The position numbers and the translations under genes were made by a program. Source: Mayamaea pseudoterrestris (lineage: Eukaryota). Taken from it: a stretch of 64,000 nucleotides of DNA. Positions 30,701-39,972 of this stretch are shown piece by piece (position 1 is the stretch's first letter; each line of letters opens with the position of its first letter). The notes under the pieces are model-generated. The model was not told the DNA's origin and did not search any database. It was given only the letters and a program-made list of their open reading frames with translations. The stretch lies in contig BROI01000006.1 in NCBI GenBank assembly GCA_027923505.1, forward strand, positions 806,001 to 870,000, written 5' to 3'.

Positions 30701-32635
30701 GACGGCGAACTTGACGACGCGCCAGCCGTGGATGATGGCGAAATTGAAGGAGTGCCCGATGAAGGCGAAATTGAAGGAGTGCCAGCTGCTGCAGACGAAG
30801 AGGATTTCGATGCGCGCTATGGCCCACGCACTGGTCGGTATGGCCTGCGTGCGCGCAAACCTCGCTCGTTCGCTCATTTGTTCACGCTCGACGCTGCAGA
30901 GGAAGTGTCGGAGCCACTCGTCACGGCACAGATGAATATGCGACAAGGTTTAAAGGCTTTTGGCGATGCTGGAGTGGAGGCAGTGCGCAAGGAAATGCAG
31001 CAGCTACACGACAGGCACGTCATGAAGGCAGTCACCCAATGCACTCTGACTCCGCAGCAGCGCAAGGACGCTCTGGCGTATTTGATGTTTCTCAAGCGCA
31101 AGAGATGCGGGACTGTGAAGGGACGCGGATGCGCGGATGGACGCAAGCAACGAGCATACACTGCAAAGGAAGACGCAGCATCTCCAACGATAGCGACAGA
31201 GGCCATCTTTCTGACAGCTATCATTGACGCTATGGAAGGGCGCGAGGTTGCTGTGGTTGATGTACCGGGTGCTTTCATGCAAGCGGAAATGGATGAGTTG
31301 GTGCACGTTCGTTTCACTGGGAAGATGGTGGAGCTACTGTTGGAAATTGATCGCGAGATGTACGAGCCTTGCGTCACAATGGAGAATGGCGAGAAAGTCA
31401 TGTATGTTGAATTACTCATGGCGCTTTATGGTACGCTTCGAGCAGCGCGACTATTCTGGGAGAAGTTGTCCGCAAAATTGCTTGAGTGGGGCTTCGAGAA
31501 GAACCCGTACGATCCGTGTGTGTGCAACAAGATTGTCAATGGGAAGCAAATCACCGTGGGATGGCACGTGGACGATTTGAAGATTTCGCACGTCGACGTG
31601 AGCGTAGTGGATGAGTTCATCGCGCAGATGGATGAGGAGTTTGGCAAGGAGACTCCAATGAATAAGTCACGCGGAAAAGTGCACGACTACCTCGGCATGG
31701 TATTGGACTATACTAAGCCTGGAGAAGTAGCAATCAACATGGTTGACTATGTGAAGAACATCCTGCATCATGCGCCAGACGACATGGATGGAACGGCAGC
31801 TACTCCGGCAGCCAGTCACTTGTTTCAGATATCGGAAAATCCTGTCATGTTGAGCGAAGCGAAGAAGCAGATTTTTGTGACGATTGTGATGCAGTGTCTG
31901 TATCTGAGTCAGCGAGCGCGACCGGATATTCGCACAGCGATTTCTTTCTTGAGCACGAGGCTGCAGCAGCCTGACGAAGACGACTATAAGAAGGCTGCAA
32001 GAGTGATTAAATATTTACGCGGAAGCGTGGACATGGTGTTGACGCTGAAGGCGGACCAGTCCAGGATAGTCCAGTGGTGGGTGGATGCGTCGTACGCGGT
32101 GCACCCAGACATGAAGGGTCACACTGGTGGAACAATGACACTTGGCCAAGGATCAGTGTACAGTACGTCGGCTAAACAGAAGTTGGTAACAAGAAGCTCG
32201 ACGGAGAGCGAAGTTGTGGGAGTTCATGATGTGCTACCGCAGTTGCTGTGGACAGGATATTTTCTGAAGGCGCAAGGTTTCGGGGTCAAAGACACGAAAT
32301 TGTATCAAGACAATATGAGTTCAATGCTGTTGGAAAAGAATGGCAGAAGCTCAAGTACAAAGCGCACGCGACACATGAATGTTCGGTACTTCTTTGTGAA
32401 AGATCGCGTGGCAGCTGGTGAAGTCAACATTGAGCATTGTCCGACCGGAGACATGGTCGCGGATTTCTTCACGAAACCATTGCAGGGAGCCCAGTTTGGC
32501 AAGCTCCGCAACCTGGTTATGAATCTGGCCTCGAGCAGTAAGTACTACTCGGCCCAAAGGAGTGTGTTGAGCATGGATGAGAACCCAAACCGAAGCGGCA
32601 GCGGTGACGTCACGAAGACGGTCACATTTAAGTAA
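27788..32635 (+). CDS. Copia gag-pol polyprotein (1615 aa)
   Basis: CCHC knuckle CWTCQQVGHVQRDC; protease LLDNQST; integrase CADIMY/MDGEF/EHVGEIER; RT DVPGAF, ALYG, WHVDD; RNase H VDASYA, SSTESE, YQDN, ADFFTKP. No stops or frameshifts. Confidence 0.96.
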   Translation: MSSTSNTPTTGAASSGGGAPPAPPASEGNRRNRHYRRGNRAGNRSGNQGNGNRLNGPSRAPSGNFQGSEPTLAGFIYDYNGSRDPDGFIRTTNEIITFVGRSYKKYTKELLKGMRNVELEIPDEPARPTKDADTTDSDWSIMLEEYKADKKEHVERVRVYSDFLAGLYAVLHGQCTERMKDRVKSHAKFRDAEEDTDGIKLLAIIKEISHTYEGRCKLVDQVVDIQAELFGRTQGARESLQKYYESMVTLADVAKAVGVTMHNEIVALNIAKDDNRNKANKEDIKAAEELELAMLFVRGATGEYAGYCKHLRNCYLDGHDNFPLTIHDAYNIMQRREHADGEATLPTNEGVAFHTTGTARDPPRCWTCQQVGHVQRDCPTRTESTESAPAAEASGAQHFTLGSEEESDDDDEVGYMFAQPPKVNISKKAVLLDNQSTVDLFCNAKMLTNIRPVPTWMVIKCNAGTVRTNMMGDLEGYGPVWWYPQGLANILSLAQVRKKFTVEYLMHGVDRPMFVVEKPDGKQREFVETDSGLYVCESFSKGKRSDVKDGVAMLTTVDDNRTNYTNDDYLRAVRARELQIKIGRPSLKDYLRIVTSNQLPNCPVTKADILAAEHIFGPDVGSLKGKTTRRASHLVKPAIVEQLPPAIMSRYRDVTLCADIMYINKVPMLVTFSRSIRFATVEVIQNRTLPVMLKAIESVLKIYARGGFRVVAALMDGEFAPMLGALADLGVALNATSEDEHVGEIERFIRVVKERVRATYNTLPFKHVPARLVIEMTKSAVFWLNAFPNERGISKDLSPRTIVTGQTVDFNRHCKYEFGQYVQTHESHSNDMQARTIGALALRPTGNVQGGFYFLSLSSGKVLNRGHATPLPMPDDVIERVHRLARQQKANPGIVFMDRHRVAEAAEPVMWHEDDAEDDDDSDYDDDASRGDDDSAGGSEGVNATDDDDDDDDGADGAIEGVPNDEDGEAIDGELDDAPAVDDGEIEGVPDEGEIEGVPAAADEEDFDARYGPRTGRYGLRARKPRSFAHLFTLDAAEEVSEPLVTAQMNMRQGLKAFGDAGVEAVRKEMQQLHDRHVMKAVTQCTLTPQQRKDALAYLMFLKRKRCGTVKGRGCADGRKQRAYTAKEDAASPTIATEAIFLTAIIDAMEGREVAVVDVPGAFMQAEMDELVHVRFTGKMVELLLEIDREMYEPCVTMENGEKVMYVELLMALYGTLRAARLFWEKLSAKLLEWGFEKNPYDPCVCNKIVNGKQITVGWHVDDLKISHVDVSVVDEFIAQMDEEFGKETPMNKSRGKVHDYLGMVLDYTKPGEVAINMVDYVKNILHHAPDDMDGTAATPAASHLFQISENPVMLSEAKKQIFVTIVMQCLYLSQRARPDIRTAISFLSTRLQQPDEDDYKKAARVIKYLRGSVDMVLTLKADQSRIVQWWVDASYAVHPDMKGHTGGTMTLGQGSVYSTSAKQKLVTRSSTESEVVGVHDVLPQLLWTGYFLKAQGFGVKDTKLYQDNMSSMLLEKNGRSSSTKRTRHMNVRYFFVKDRVAAGEVNIEHCPTGDMVADFFTKPLQGAQFGKLRNLVMNLASSSKYYSAQRSVLSMDENPNRSGSGDVTKTVTFK

Positions 32636-32775
32636 GCGCGGTAAGCGGCAACCGAAGGAGTGGATCGAGGACGATCACTTCTTGGAGAAAATAAGTAAAG
32701 TGGTTTTATTGACTCTGTTCTGCTTAATCATTAGTGTCGCTTCAAGGGCGCGCAAGATATATTCTAGATCCAACA
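32565..32775 (+). repeat. 3' LTR, preceded by a short purine-rich tract (AAAGGAGTG, putative PPT)
   Basis: Identical to the 5' LTR; followed by TSD GCTTC. Confidence 0.96.
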
Positions 32776-33316
32776 GCTTCTCCCCCTTGTGTGGTTGTGG
32801 GAAGCATCGAGTGACCGCCGAGCATCGTAGGAGAAGACTCTTGGCTAGCTTGATTGTCTAAGAACAGGTCAATCAACGAGACGAAAGGTAAGAGTGCTAA
32901 ATGTCATCAGCTACTTCCGCAGTAAGAAGAAAATGGACGAGAAGAATGGCAAATCCAATACTCGCCACGAAGATTCACAAAGGATGCTGTCCAGTTTACG
33001 TGTGACGCATTTTCTGTGGCAGCATTATTGACGTAATTAGCGCGGATTGAAACATCATTGGATTGATTGGACTAGATATATGCATCGCAAGTTGGCTGAA
33101 AGTTGTCACAGGCGTCATCTATGTCGATAGCGCCGCGACTGCAAGATGACAGCCCATCATGTCGGCTTTGGCTTTGATGTTGGTTGATGTCGAAAGGGAA
33201 AGGGGCATTTACTTGCAGATTTGTAGCTAAGGACTTGTTTGATAAAGATACTTTGCTGTTTTGAGTTCATCTCAAATCGATACATTTCTCCTTTCCATAG
33301 GTCATTATTCTTCATC

Positions 33317-33826
33317 ATGAGCCGACACTTTACACTCCGACGACTGCTATTTCTTTTGCTGGTGGTTTTAGCTGTCGCTATTCACGCACAAGAGGACGAG
33401 TACGAAGAGAATGGTGCGGTCGATGAAGGTGATTTTGATGCTGCCGAGGAGGAGCATGTAGAGCCGGTGCAGGAGGAAGAGTCATTTGAACCTGAGCCAG
33501 AACCTGAACCAGAGGTTGACCCCGAGCCAGAACCGCAACACGAGGAGGCCGCACATGTTACTGATGAAATTAAATCGCAAACACACTCGCTAAAGGCTAA
33601 GCTTCCGGACTTTTCCAAGCATATTTCGAACATTGTCGACTCGGTGAAGGTACAATCCAAGCGAGCCGTCGACAAGGTCAAGTCAATCAGCCAAAAGGAT
33701 GCCAAGAAGGTGGCAGCAGCGGTGGTTGGAGTATGGGGAGTCGGTCTAGGAATCGGCTGGTTGGCACAGCAAAATTCTAAACCTACGGTTGTTGCAACGG
33801 GAAACAGATTGAAGTTTAAGAAATAA
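33317..33826 (+). CDS. Putative type I membrane protein with acidic, EP-repeat lumenal region
   Basis: Signal peptide MSRHFTLRRLLFLLLVVLAVAIHA, D/E-rich segment with EPEPEPEPE, C-terminal hydrophobic helix VAAAVVGVWGVGLGIGWLA, short basic tail. Confidence 0.7.
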   Translation: MSRHFTLRRLLFLLLVVLAVAIHAQEDEYEENGAVDEGDFDAAEEEHVEPVQEEESFEPEPEPEPEVDPEPEPQHEEAAHVTDEIKSQTHSLKAKLPDFSKHISNIVDSVKVQSKRAVDKVKSISQKDAKKVAAAVVGVWGVGLGIGWLAQQNSKPTVVATGNRLKFKK

Positions 33827-34184
33827 ATATAATGGCTCACGTGAATATGTTTACGCCAAGTCTTTGTGACAATTTCAATCGAAGTTAGCATCATTAGGTG
33901 ATAGGCTTGCTCCTACAGGACATTTTAGCTTGCTGTCGCCCCGTTTTCGTATCGTCCTGCGTTCTCAGTGGTCGAGTTGCATAAACAGTCGTACCGATCG
34001 AAGGAGACGTGTCTGTCGCCTACCAATAGACGACTCCGTGTTCCAAATAACGCTGTCATGGGAGCGTATGACCTAATTTCATACTACCGTACTACAAATT
34101 TTAAATGAAAAGTAAGCGACAACCGAAAGGTTGTAAAGATGTAACAAAGAAAACAAAATGAGATGCAGCAGCAGCAGCCAGACT

Positions 34185-35129
34185 TTAAAAGCCCATGGGA
34201 AGCATTTGCTGCATGTAGTAAAAGTGCTGCTGCTGTCGCAGCATAAATGCTTGCTCCTGCTGCGATTTCTTCATGTTTGACTGAACGCAAGCCTCCCACC
34301 TTGGTCGATGCTGCTTGTACAGGTTGAGAGCTCCCATTGCATCCTCAATGGGATCATGAACACCAGACTGAAATTTCTTATCGCCGAGCTTTTCATGAAC
34401 AAGTTCCTTTAGCTTGCGAGGTAGCAACAAGGATTGTCCATCCTGCGACGTGACGTTTCGCATAAAGGGAGGATAAGTGGCAGTGTCGCGCTGCATATGC
34501 CAAGGGTGCTGAATTCGTAGCGCCTCCAAGTCATTGATCAAGGCATGCCCGACGAGAATCTTTCCCTCCAACAAATCCAGCACCTGCTGCTGGACACGCA
34601 TCAATGATGGCGCTCCCACCAAATCTTCCTCGGTGATTCCGCTAACATAGGTCCTATAGTCTTCAACGGGTTCCACCGGAGCCACGCACGTATCCAAAAG
34701 CGTCCTTCCCTTCCAATCCACCAAGACGACGCGTGCGCAGAGCGATGTACCACTAATACCTCCAACCATTTCACAGTCAACAGCGACATACTGACTTCGC
34801 TCCGGCAATGATCGCTTCTGATACGAGTGCACAAAGCTTCCGCTGCTAGCGGATGATATTGTAGCGGACGTTTCGTCGTGTGAAGCCGAGTCGTCGCTGC
34901 ATGACGAAATGGAACCGCCTCGACGCCTTGACGGCTTGTCGCGCCTAATCTTGTCACTGATTGTCAATCTTTCAATGGAATCATTGTCGCCTGAAGACTC
35001 TCCCGAAGTAGAACTGTTTCCACCACCATTATTTCTTCGTCGAGGCTTGTCGCGTTTGATCCTGTCGTGGATGGAGAGTTTCTCGAAAAACGACCAAGAG
35101 GAGGGCGGCGTTGTCGTCTTCTCGTCCAT
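34185..35129 (-). CDS. DEDDh 3'-5' RNA exonuclease, REX4/ISG20-like
   Basis: VAVDCEMVG, DYRTYVSGIT, LVGHALINDL, RDTA, HDPIEDA. The N-terminus has two copies of L[ST]IxD[RK]I[KR]RDKP. Confidence 0.9.
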   Translation of the reverse strand: MDEKTTTPPSSWSFFEKLSIHDRIKRDKPRRRNNGGGNSSTSGESSGDNDSIERLTISDKIRRDKPSRRRGGSISSCSDDSASHDETSATISSASSGSFVHSYQKRSLPERSQYVAVDCEMVGGISGTSLCARVVLVDWKGRTLLDTCVAPVEPVEDYRTYVSGITEEDLVGAPSLMRVQQQVLDLLEGKILVGHALINDLEALRIQHPWHMQRDTATYPPFMRNVTSQDGQSLLLPRKLKELVHEKLGDKKFQSGVHDPIEDAMGALNLYKQHRPRWEACVQSNMKKSQQEQAFMLRQQQHFYYMQQMLPMGF

Positions 35130-35482
35130 TGTTGCAATTTAAAGAACAAATGTCTGCTCTTGCTTCTCTTGGTCAACGTAGGCTCAGCAATAAAGAGCTC
35201 CGTTAACGGGTTGATCTGTGTCGTGGTTTGAGGAGGTGCAATCCTTGTTGTTCTGTCGCTTCACGTCCCTGCCACGCCGCCGCGCCGTGAACCCCATCCT
35301 GGCATGGAGTGTGACGTAGAATGACCGCATGTAGACATCTGGCAATAGTCAATCGAAGGGCACTGCTGTTACTCACGATCCAATCGTCACGAACGAATGT
35401 AGACTGTGGATGTTGGATGGACATAATATTGTGACTCTTCGGCCCAATCCAAGTTCCGTCACAGCCAGATTGTGCCATACCA

Positions 35483-35711
35483 CGTCATTAGGCAATAGTA
35501 CGAAACGACTGCCAGTGTCAATTACGTCAGAAGGCATTAATACGAAACGAGTGCCAGTGTCACTTGAGTCAGAAGGCAATAGTATGAAACAAGTGCCAGT
35601 GTCAATTACGTCATAAGGCATTAGTACAAAACGAGTGCCAGTGTCAATTACGTCACAAAGGGCTATATAGCACGAAACGGTGCCAGTGTCAATTACGTCA
35701 CAAGACATTAG
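35483..35711. repeat. Tandem array of about 5.4 copies of a 42-bp unit, each containing TGCCAGTGTCAATTACGTCA or a variant
   Basis: Units start at 35483, 35525, 35567, 35609, 35651 (45 bp) and 35696 (partial). Confidence 0.92.
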
Positions 35712-35787
35712 AGAGCGGTACCGATACGATGTTCATGCTGCGTCGTCCTCCGTCTCATTCGACCATGAGAATTTCCCGACAGACACG

Positions 35788-36630
35788 ATGCATGCAACAC
35801 GGTTGAAACTAGCTTTTCTTGCGGCAGTAGTCCTTTCTTCGAGAGGCTTTGTCATTGTCAACACTAAAGCGACTACGAGATCAAAGCAGATAATTAAATA
35901 TCCCACTTACTCGTCGGCAGCAGCTGCTGCATCAAAAAAGAACAACGAGGACGAGAAAGGTTCCTCCTCTGTGGTTGTGGAGTCGCCAGCACCAGTATTC
36001 GTCACTTCTCATCCGGTCTTAAGTCAAGTCTATCCAGCGCTACTTGACCACAAGGATACATATGGCCATCCCAATATACCGCTAGGAAGCAAGGAGGGAA
36101 AGCAATGTGAAACGCTTCGTCGATTGCACATTCAAGGCAAGCTGTCGTTGGAGCAGGTAGAATTGCTGACCAATCTTGGCTTTCGATGGCATAGTTTGGA
36201 GGATGTATACGAGACATGTGAATTTGACAAATTATTCGACAGATTGGTGGACTATCGAAAAGCAGAGGGAAACATTTCGCCGCCGAAAAAGTATCCTGCC
36301 GATCCAGAGCTTGGTGCTTGGGTGACTGGCATTCGACGACTAGGACGAGACAAGGTGCTTCCAGCTCACGCGGAGAGATTGAACGCCATTGGTTTTGAAT
36401 GGACATCACCGCGACAGTGTGGAAGTGCCTTTATGGAGCAGTATCGACAAATACAGTCGCGCATCGCAGAGGGCGAAAAGGAGTCAGTTTGGACGGCTAG
36501 TTCCAAAGTGCAACGCTGGATCAAGGCGCAGCAGGAAGCATGCACGAAAGGAGCACTCAGTGAAACGAGGAAGCACTACATGGAGACTATACTTGGTGAG
36601 AATTGGAAGGAGTGGAAGCCGCTGGAATAA
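35788..36630 (+). CDS. Helicase-associated (HA) domain repeat protein with putative plastid presequence
   Basis: MHATRLKLAFLAAVVLSSRG-FVIV signal with cleavage before Phe. HA-like repeats: YGHPNIP..LSLEQVELLTNLGFRW, LGAWVTGIR..ERLNAIGFEW, VQRWIKAQ..LSETR. No helicase core. Confidence 0.75.
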   Translation: MHATRLKLAFLAAVVLSSRGFVIVNTKATTRSKQIIKYPTYSSAAAAASKKNNEDEKGSSSVVVESPAPVFVTSHPVLSQVYPALLDHKDTYGHPNIPLGSKEGKQCETLRRLHIQGKLSLEQVELLTNLGFRWHSLEDVYETCEFDKLFDRLVDYRKAEGNISPPKKYPADPELGAWVTGIRRLGRDKVLPAHAERLNAIGFEWTSPRQCGSAFMEQYRQIQSRIAEGEKESVWTASSKVQRWIKAQQEACTKGALSETRKHYMETILGENWKEWKPLE

Positions 36631-36845
36631 GCGAGAGTCATTGTGTGAGTTTCAGAGTCGCCAAACCGCCAAATTTTGTAAACATGCGCAGCATTAAGAA
36701 ATTTTGAATCACCCATTTTTGAACATAATCTGCTGCGATGACTATCATCGATGTACATTCATGACATAGTCCGCTTGAGTTGAGCAATTACTGTGCCAAG
36801 TTTATCCACCAATAGTAAATGGTTATAACGACCCATTACAGTAAT

Positions 36846-37237
36846 TTAATGCTTGTGATCAAAGCGGCTACCAATACCAGAAAAGCTTCCCTCCTCACGT
36901 TGCTCATCCCACTGTTCAACCCAATATCCAGGACAAATGGAGTCCGCCATTTGACGAAGTGGCTTGCAGGCATCCTCGTCGCCTTGCTTGGCGCAAAGAA
37001 GCCACTCATTGTAGCGGTTCCAGCAGTGCAGGGCCTGGTTGTGCGAAGGAAAACGTTCATCGCGGGGAGTAGTGCCAGCCTTGGCAATCATGTTTAAACG
37101 GGCCTGCTCCTCCTTGTTGAGCTCGGGTGGGAGCGTTGTAAAAATCTACAGGACAAACAAGATTTTGGTGAGAACGCGCACCAACAAGCCTTACAATGTA
37201 TCGCTAAAGTACGTACCTTGCTAATCTTGCCCGACAT
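36846..37237 (-). CDS. COX6B: Cytochrome c oxidase subunit 6B (exons 37237-37217, 37145-36846)
   Basis: TTPRDERFPSHNQALHCWNRYNEWLLC..C..SICPGYWVEQWDEQREEG; GT-AG intron 37216-37146 is in frame. Confidence 0.92.
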
Positions 37238-37667
37238 GATGTTTTAGGCTGAACAAAACACGGAGAGCAATATCGTTAGCAAACAGGGAATCCGGAATTC
37301 GAGGTGCAAAGATACAAGAGGCCATCGGCCGTTTGCACAGAACATGATTTTGCTCGCTTTAACATCATGTTTGCAACATCCAAACCGCTCCTTTTTATTT
37401 TTACAAATACCTACAAATATGGACAATAGTCAATGAAACAGCAAGAATGCGTTAAAAAGGTGCAAGACGGCGATTGAACGACCGGCCGATCGATTGTGCG
37501 GTTCACTAGCGACACGAAGCACGACGACGTCATTCTACGACATCGTAGCGGTACTGCATTCATTTAAAGTGCGCGATCGACGAGTGTCACCATGGCCGTC
37601 ACAAATAGCGACAACTTTGCTTTCCTACAAACTACCCAGCAAGGAAGCCGAAGACGAATCATAAAGA

Positions 37668-39830
37668 ATGGATGAGTTAGCAGGACCGCACATTGTGGAA
37701 GATTTGGAGGATGACATCGAGCTCGAGGATGCTGCCATTCGACAAGCCGAAATTGTTTCGCCTCCACGGATTTATGTTTCACCCGAGTCTCAAGCTCCCC
37801 CTGACTCGGAGATGGATGGATTGCCAAAATTAAACGGCGTCAGGCAAAACAGTAACAGCGGGCCCAATAAATACACGGCTCATCTCGAGGAGCGACTGGA
37901 GCAACTCGAGGTCAAGCTTTCCGTCCTGAGTCGGCTGCTGCAAAGCCAAATGGCGACAAAATCTTCTCTCGGACCTAGACCCGGAGGAACCCCTTCACCG
38001 ACTCCATCTCCTTCGCTTCGCAATAGAAAGATGCGCTCAGAAAGCGAATTGAGTCAGGAGGCGTCATCATCGTCGCACAATCACGAGTCGGAAGCCTACG
38101 ATCGATACGAAAGCTCCGAGGACGACGACACGCCATTGCTTTCCGCCAAGAACAAGCCCAAGAATCCACACAAGCGGAACCTGAGCTATCGCGTCTTGTA
38201 TGATGGAATGAACTCATCCAAGGCCGACTTGGAATACCGGCGAGCGTCGATTCCGCCGACATCGAGCATGACGGCGGCGGAGCGAAAGTGGCTCGAGCCG
38301 CAACTACTAAAGTTCTTGGGAGACGAGAAACAAGAAGATGACGGGCAACCTCAACAGCAAGGCAAGGAAACGACGTCACTGGAAACGCTGTTTCAGTCGC
38401 CCCAGCATTCATCCAAGTCAGCTGATTCTCTGGCGACGGCCACGCTGAACGATGCCGATGAGAATAATAATAATGCGTCCACGCCGAAGGCGACAAAGAC
38501 AAAGGAGGAGGAAGCAAGTAAAGCCAACATGGCCGCCAACAGCAACACTTTGCTCGACGATGACACTGTGCGAACCAATTTTCTTCAGTATCTCAACTCG
38601 TTTCAGGATAGCGCGCCCGATGTCGATGCACAAATGCAGGAATTCATCACTGTACCCGGCAAGCTGGAAAATATTCTCAACTTTGGTTTGCTTGTTTGCG
38701 TCGACTCGTTCCTTTATATGATCACAATTCTTCCGATTCGGTTCGTTTGGAGTTGCGCTCTATTGGTGCTACGAATGGTACTGCAGGTGTTGAAACTGCG
38801 ACAAGCGCCGTCACCATATCGGTTTCACCGCCGACACTTGTACCAGATTATCCAAGTCGGCATTCTCTTTTTGATTTGTCGATACGTACTTGGCAATATT
38901 AGCATTGGCAAGCTCTATCATTGGATTCGAGGACAGAGCATGATCAAGATCTACGTTTTGATCGCCATGGTTGAAATATTCGATCGTCTCTTTTCGAGTT
39001 TGGGTCAAGACTGTTTGGAAAGCATGTATTGGAATACGGTGAACCGGCCACGGTCGACGCGCATGATCACAGCCGTGGTGGTTGTCTTTGTTTACGCGAC
39101 ACTGCATACGCTTATTTTGTTTTTGCACGTGGAGACGCTGAATGTCGCCATCAACTCGGCAGACCAGCAACTTTTGACGCTACTCATTTCCGGCAACTTT
39201 GCAGAGATTAAATCAACCGTGTTTAAAAAGTATAACAAGCCGGCCTTGTTCAAAATTACTGCGTCGGATATCTGCGAGCGCTTCAAGTTAGGTCTGTTTC
39301 TGAGTCTCATCTTGATACTTAATGTATGCCAAGGAATGGAGAAGGGCCAATTCTTGGGTTACCTGCGCATGTGCGTCATTGTCTGGTGCTCGGAGCTTGT
39401 ATCAGACTCGATCAAGCATGCCTTTATCACCAAGTTTAACTTTTTGCCGTCCAAAGTCTACCCCGAATACGCTTTGCTACTCGCTGGTGACGTGACTGGC
39501 ATTGGGCACGAGGGCGTCAACTTGGATCATTCACACGCCGTTGTCAAGCGCATTGGATTTGCGCAGATTCCGCTGGTTTGCGTCATGGTGCGGCTGCTGC
39601 AAGAGGCAATAAAATATGCACGTAGAAACCCGATGTGGCTGAATTATTGGCTTTCCAATCATTCCTGGTGGGCGATTAGCACATTGCTCTTTTGTGGATG
39701 GCTGTTGCTCATTGGAATCAAAACTGCGCTGGGCCGTTTGTTGGTGCGAATGTCACTGGAGAAGCTACGGGCCGCACCAGAGTTTATTGACACGAATAAG
39801 CTACCGAAGGAGAAGAAGAAACAGGCGTAA
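37668..39830 (+). CDS. TAPT1/EMP65/POD1-family ER membrane protein (DUF747)
   Basis: VPGKLENILNFGLLVCVDSFL, LYHWIRGQSMIKIYV, EIFDRLFSSLGQD, NFAEIKSTVFKK, SDICERF, DSIKHAFITKFN. Confidence 0.9.
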   Translation: MDELAGPHIVEDLEDDIELEDAAIRQAEIVSPPRIYVSPESQAPPDSEMDGLPKLNGVRQNSNSGPNKYTAHLEERLEQLEVKLSVLSRLLQSQMATKSSLGPRPGGTPSPTPSPSLRNRKMRSESELSQEASSSSHNHESEAYDRYESSEDDDTPLLSAKNKPKNPHKRNLSYRVLYDGMNSSKADLEYRRASIPPTSSMTAAERKWLEPQLLKFLGDEKQEDDGQPQQQGKETTSLETLFQSPQHSSKSADSLATATLNDADENNNNASTPKATKTKEEEASKANMAANSNTLLDDDTVRTNFLQYLNSFQDSAPDVDAQMQEFITVPGKLENILNFGLLVCVDSFLYMITILPIRFVWSCALLVLRMVLQVLKLRQAPSPYRFHRRHLYQIIQVGILFLICRYVLGNISIGKLYHWIRGQSMIKIYVLIAMVEIFDRLFSSLGQDCLESMYWNTVNRPRSTRMITAVVVVFVYATLHTLILFLHVETLNVAINSADQQLLTLLISGNFAEIKSTVFKKYNKPALFKITASDICERFKLGLFLSLILILNVCQGMEKGQFLGYLRMCVIVWCSELVSDSIKHAFITKFNFLPSKVYPEYALLLAGDVTGIGHEGVNLDHSHAVVKRIGFAQIPLVCVMVRLLQEAIKYARRNPMWLNYWLSNHSWWAISTLLFCGWLLLIGIKTALGRLLVRMSLEKLRAAPEFIDTNKLPKEKKKQA

Positions 39831-39972
39831 CAAAAACTAAATTGGTATTTGACACGTTTACACGCGTCTATTACAGTTGTTCTCACAAAAATGTATAAAA
39901 TGACCTGTGGTCGGGTTCAAAACTTCAAAAATGTCTGGTTCAAAAACTTAAAATCGTCAAAAATGCTCTCCC

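Larger units (their letters stand above)
27550..32775 (+). mobile_element. Intact Ty1/copia LTR retrotransposon (diatom CoDi-type)
   Basis: Two identical 211-bp LTRs with TGTTG...CAACA ends; 5-bp TSD GCTTC at 27545-27549 and 32776-32780; single gag-pol ORF in copia order (GAG-PR-IN-RT-RH). Confidence 0.97.

Noticed and set aside
35373..35708. 111-aa minus-strand ORF with 14-aa repeats
   Set aside because: It has a non-ATG start, is open mainly because the unit length is a multiple of three, and lies in a divergent promoter.
35483..35711. CRISPR array
   Set aside because: The would-be spacers resemble each other and are only about 22 bp; there are no cas genes and the context is eukaryotic. 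It is a tandem repeat.
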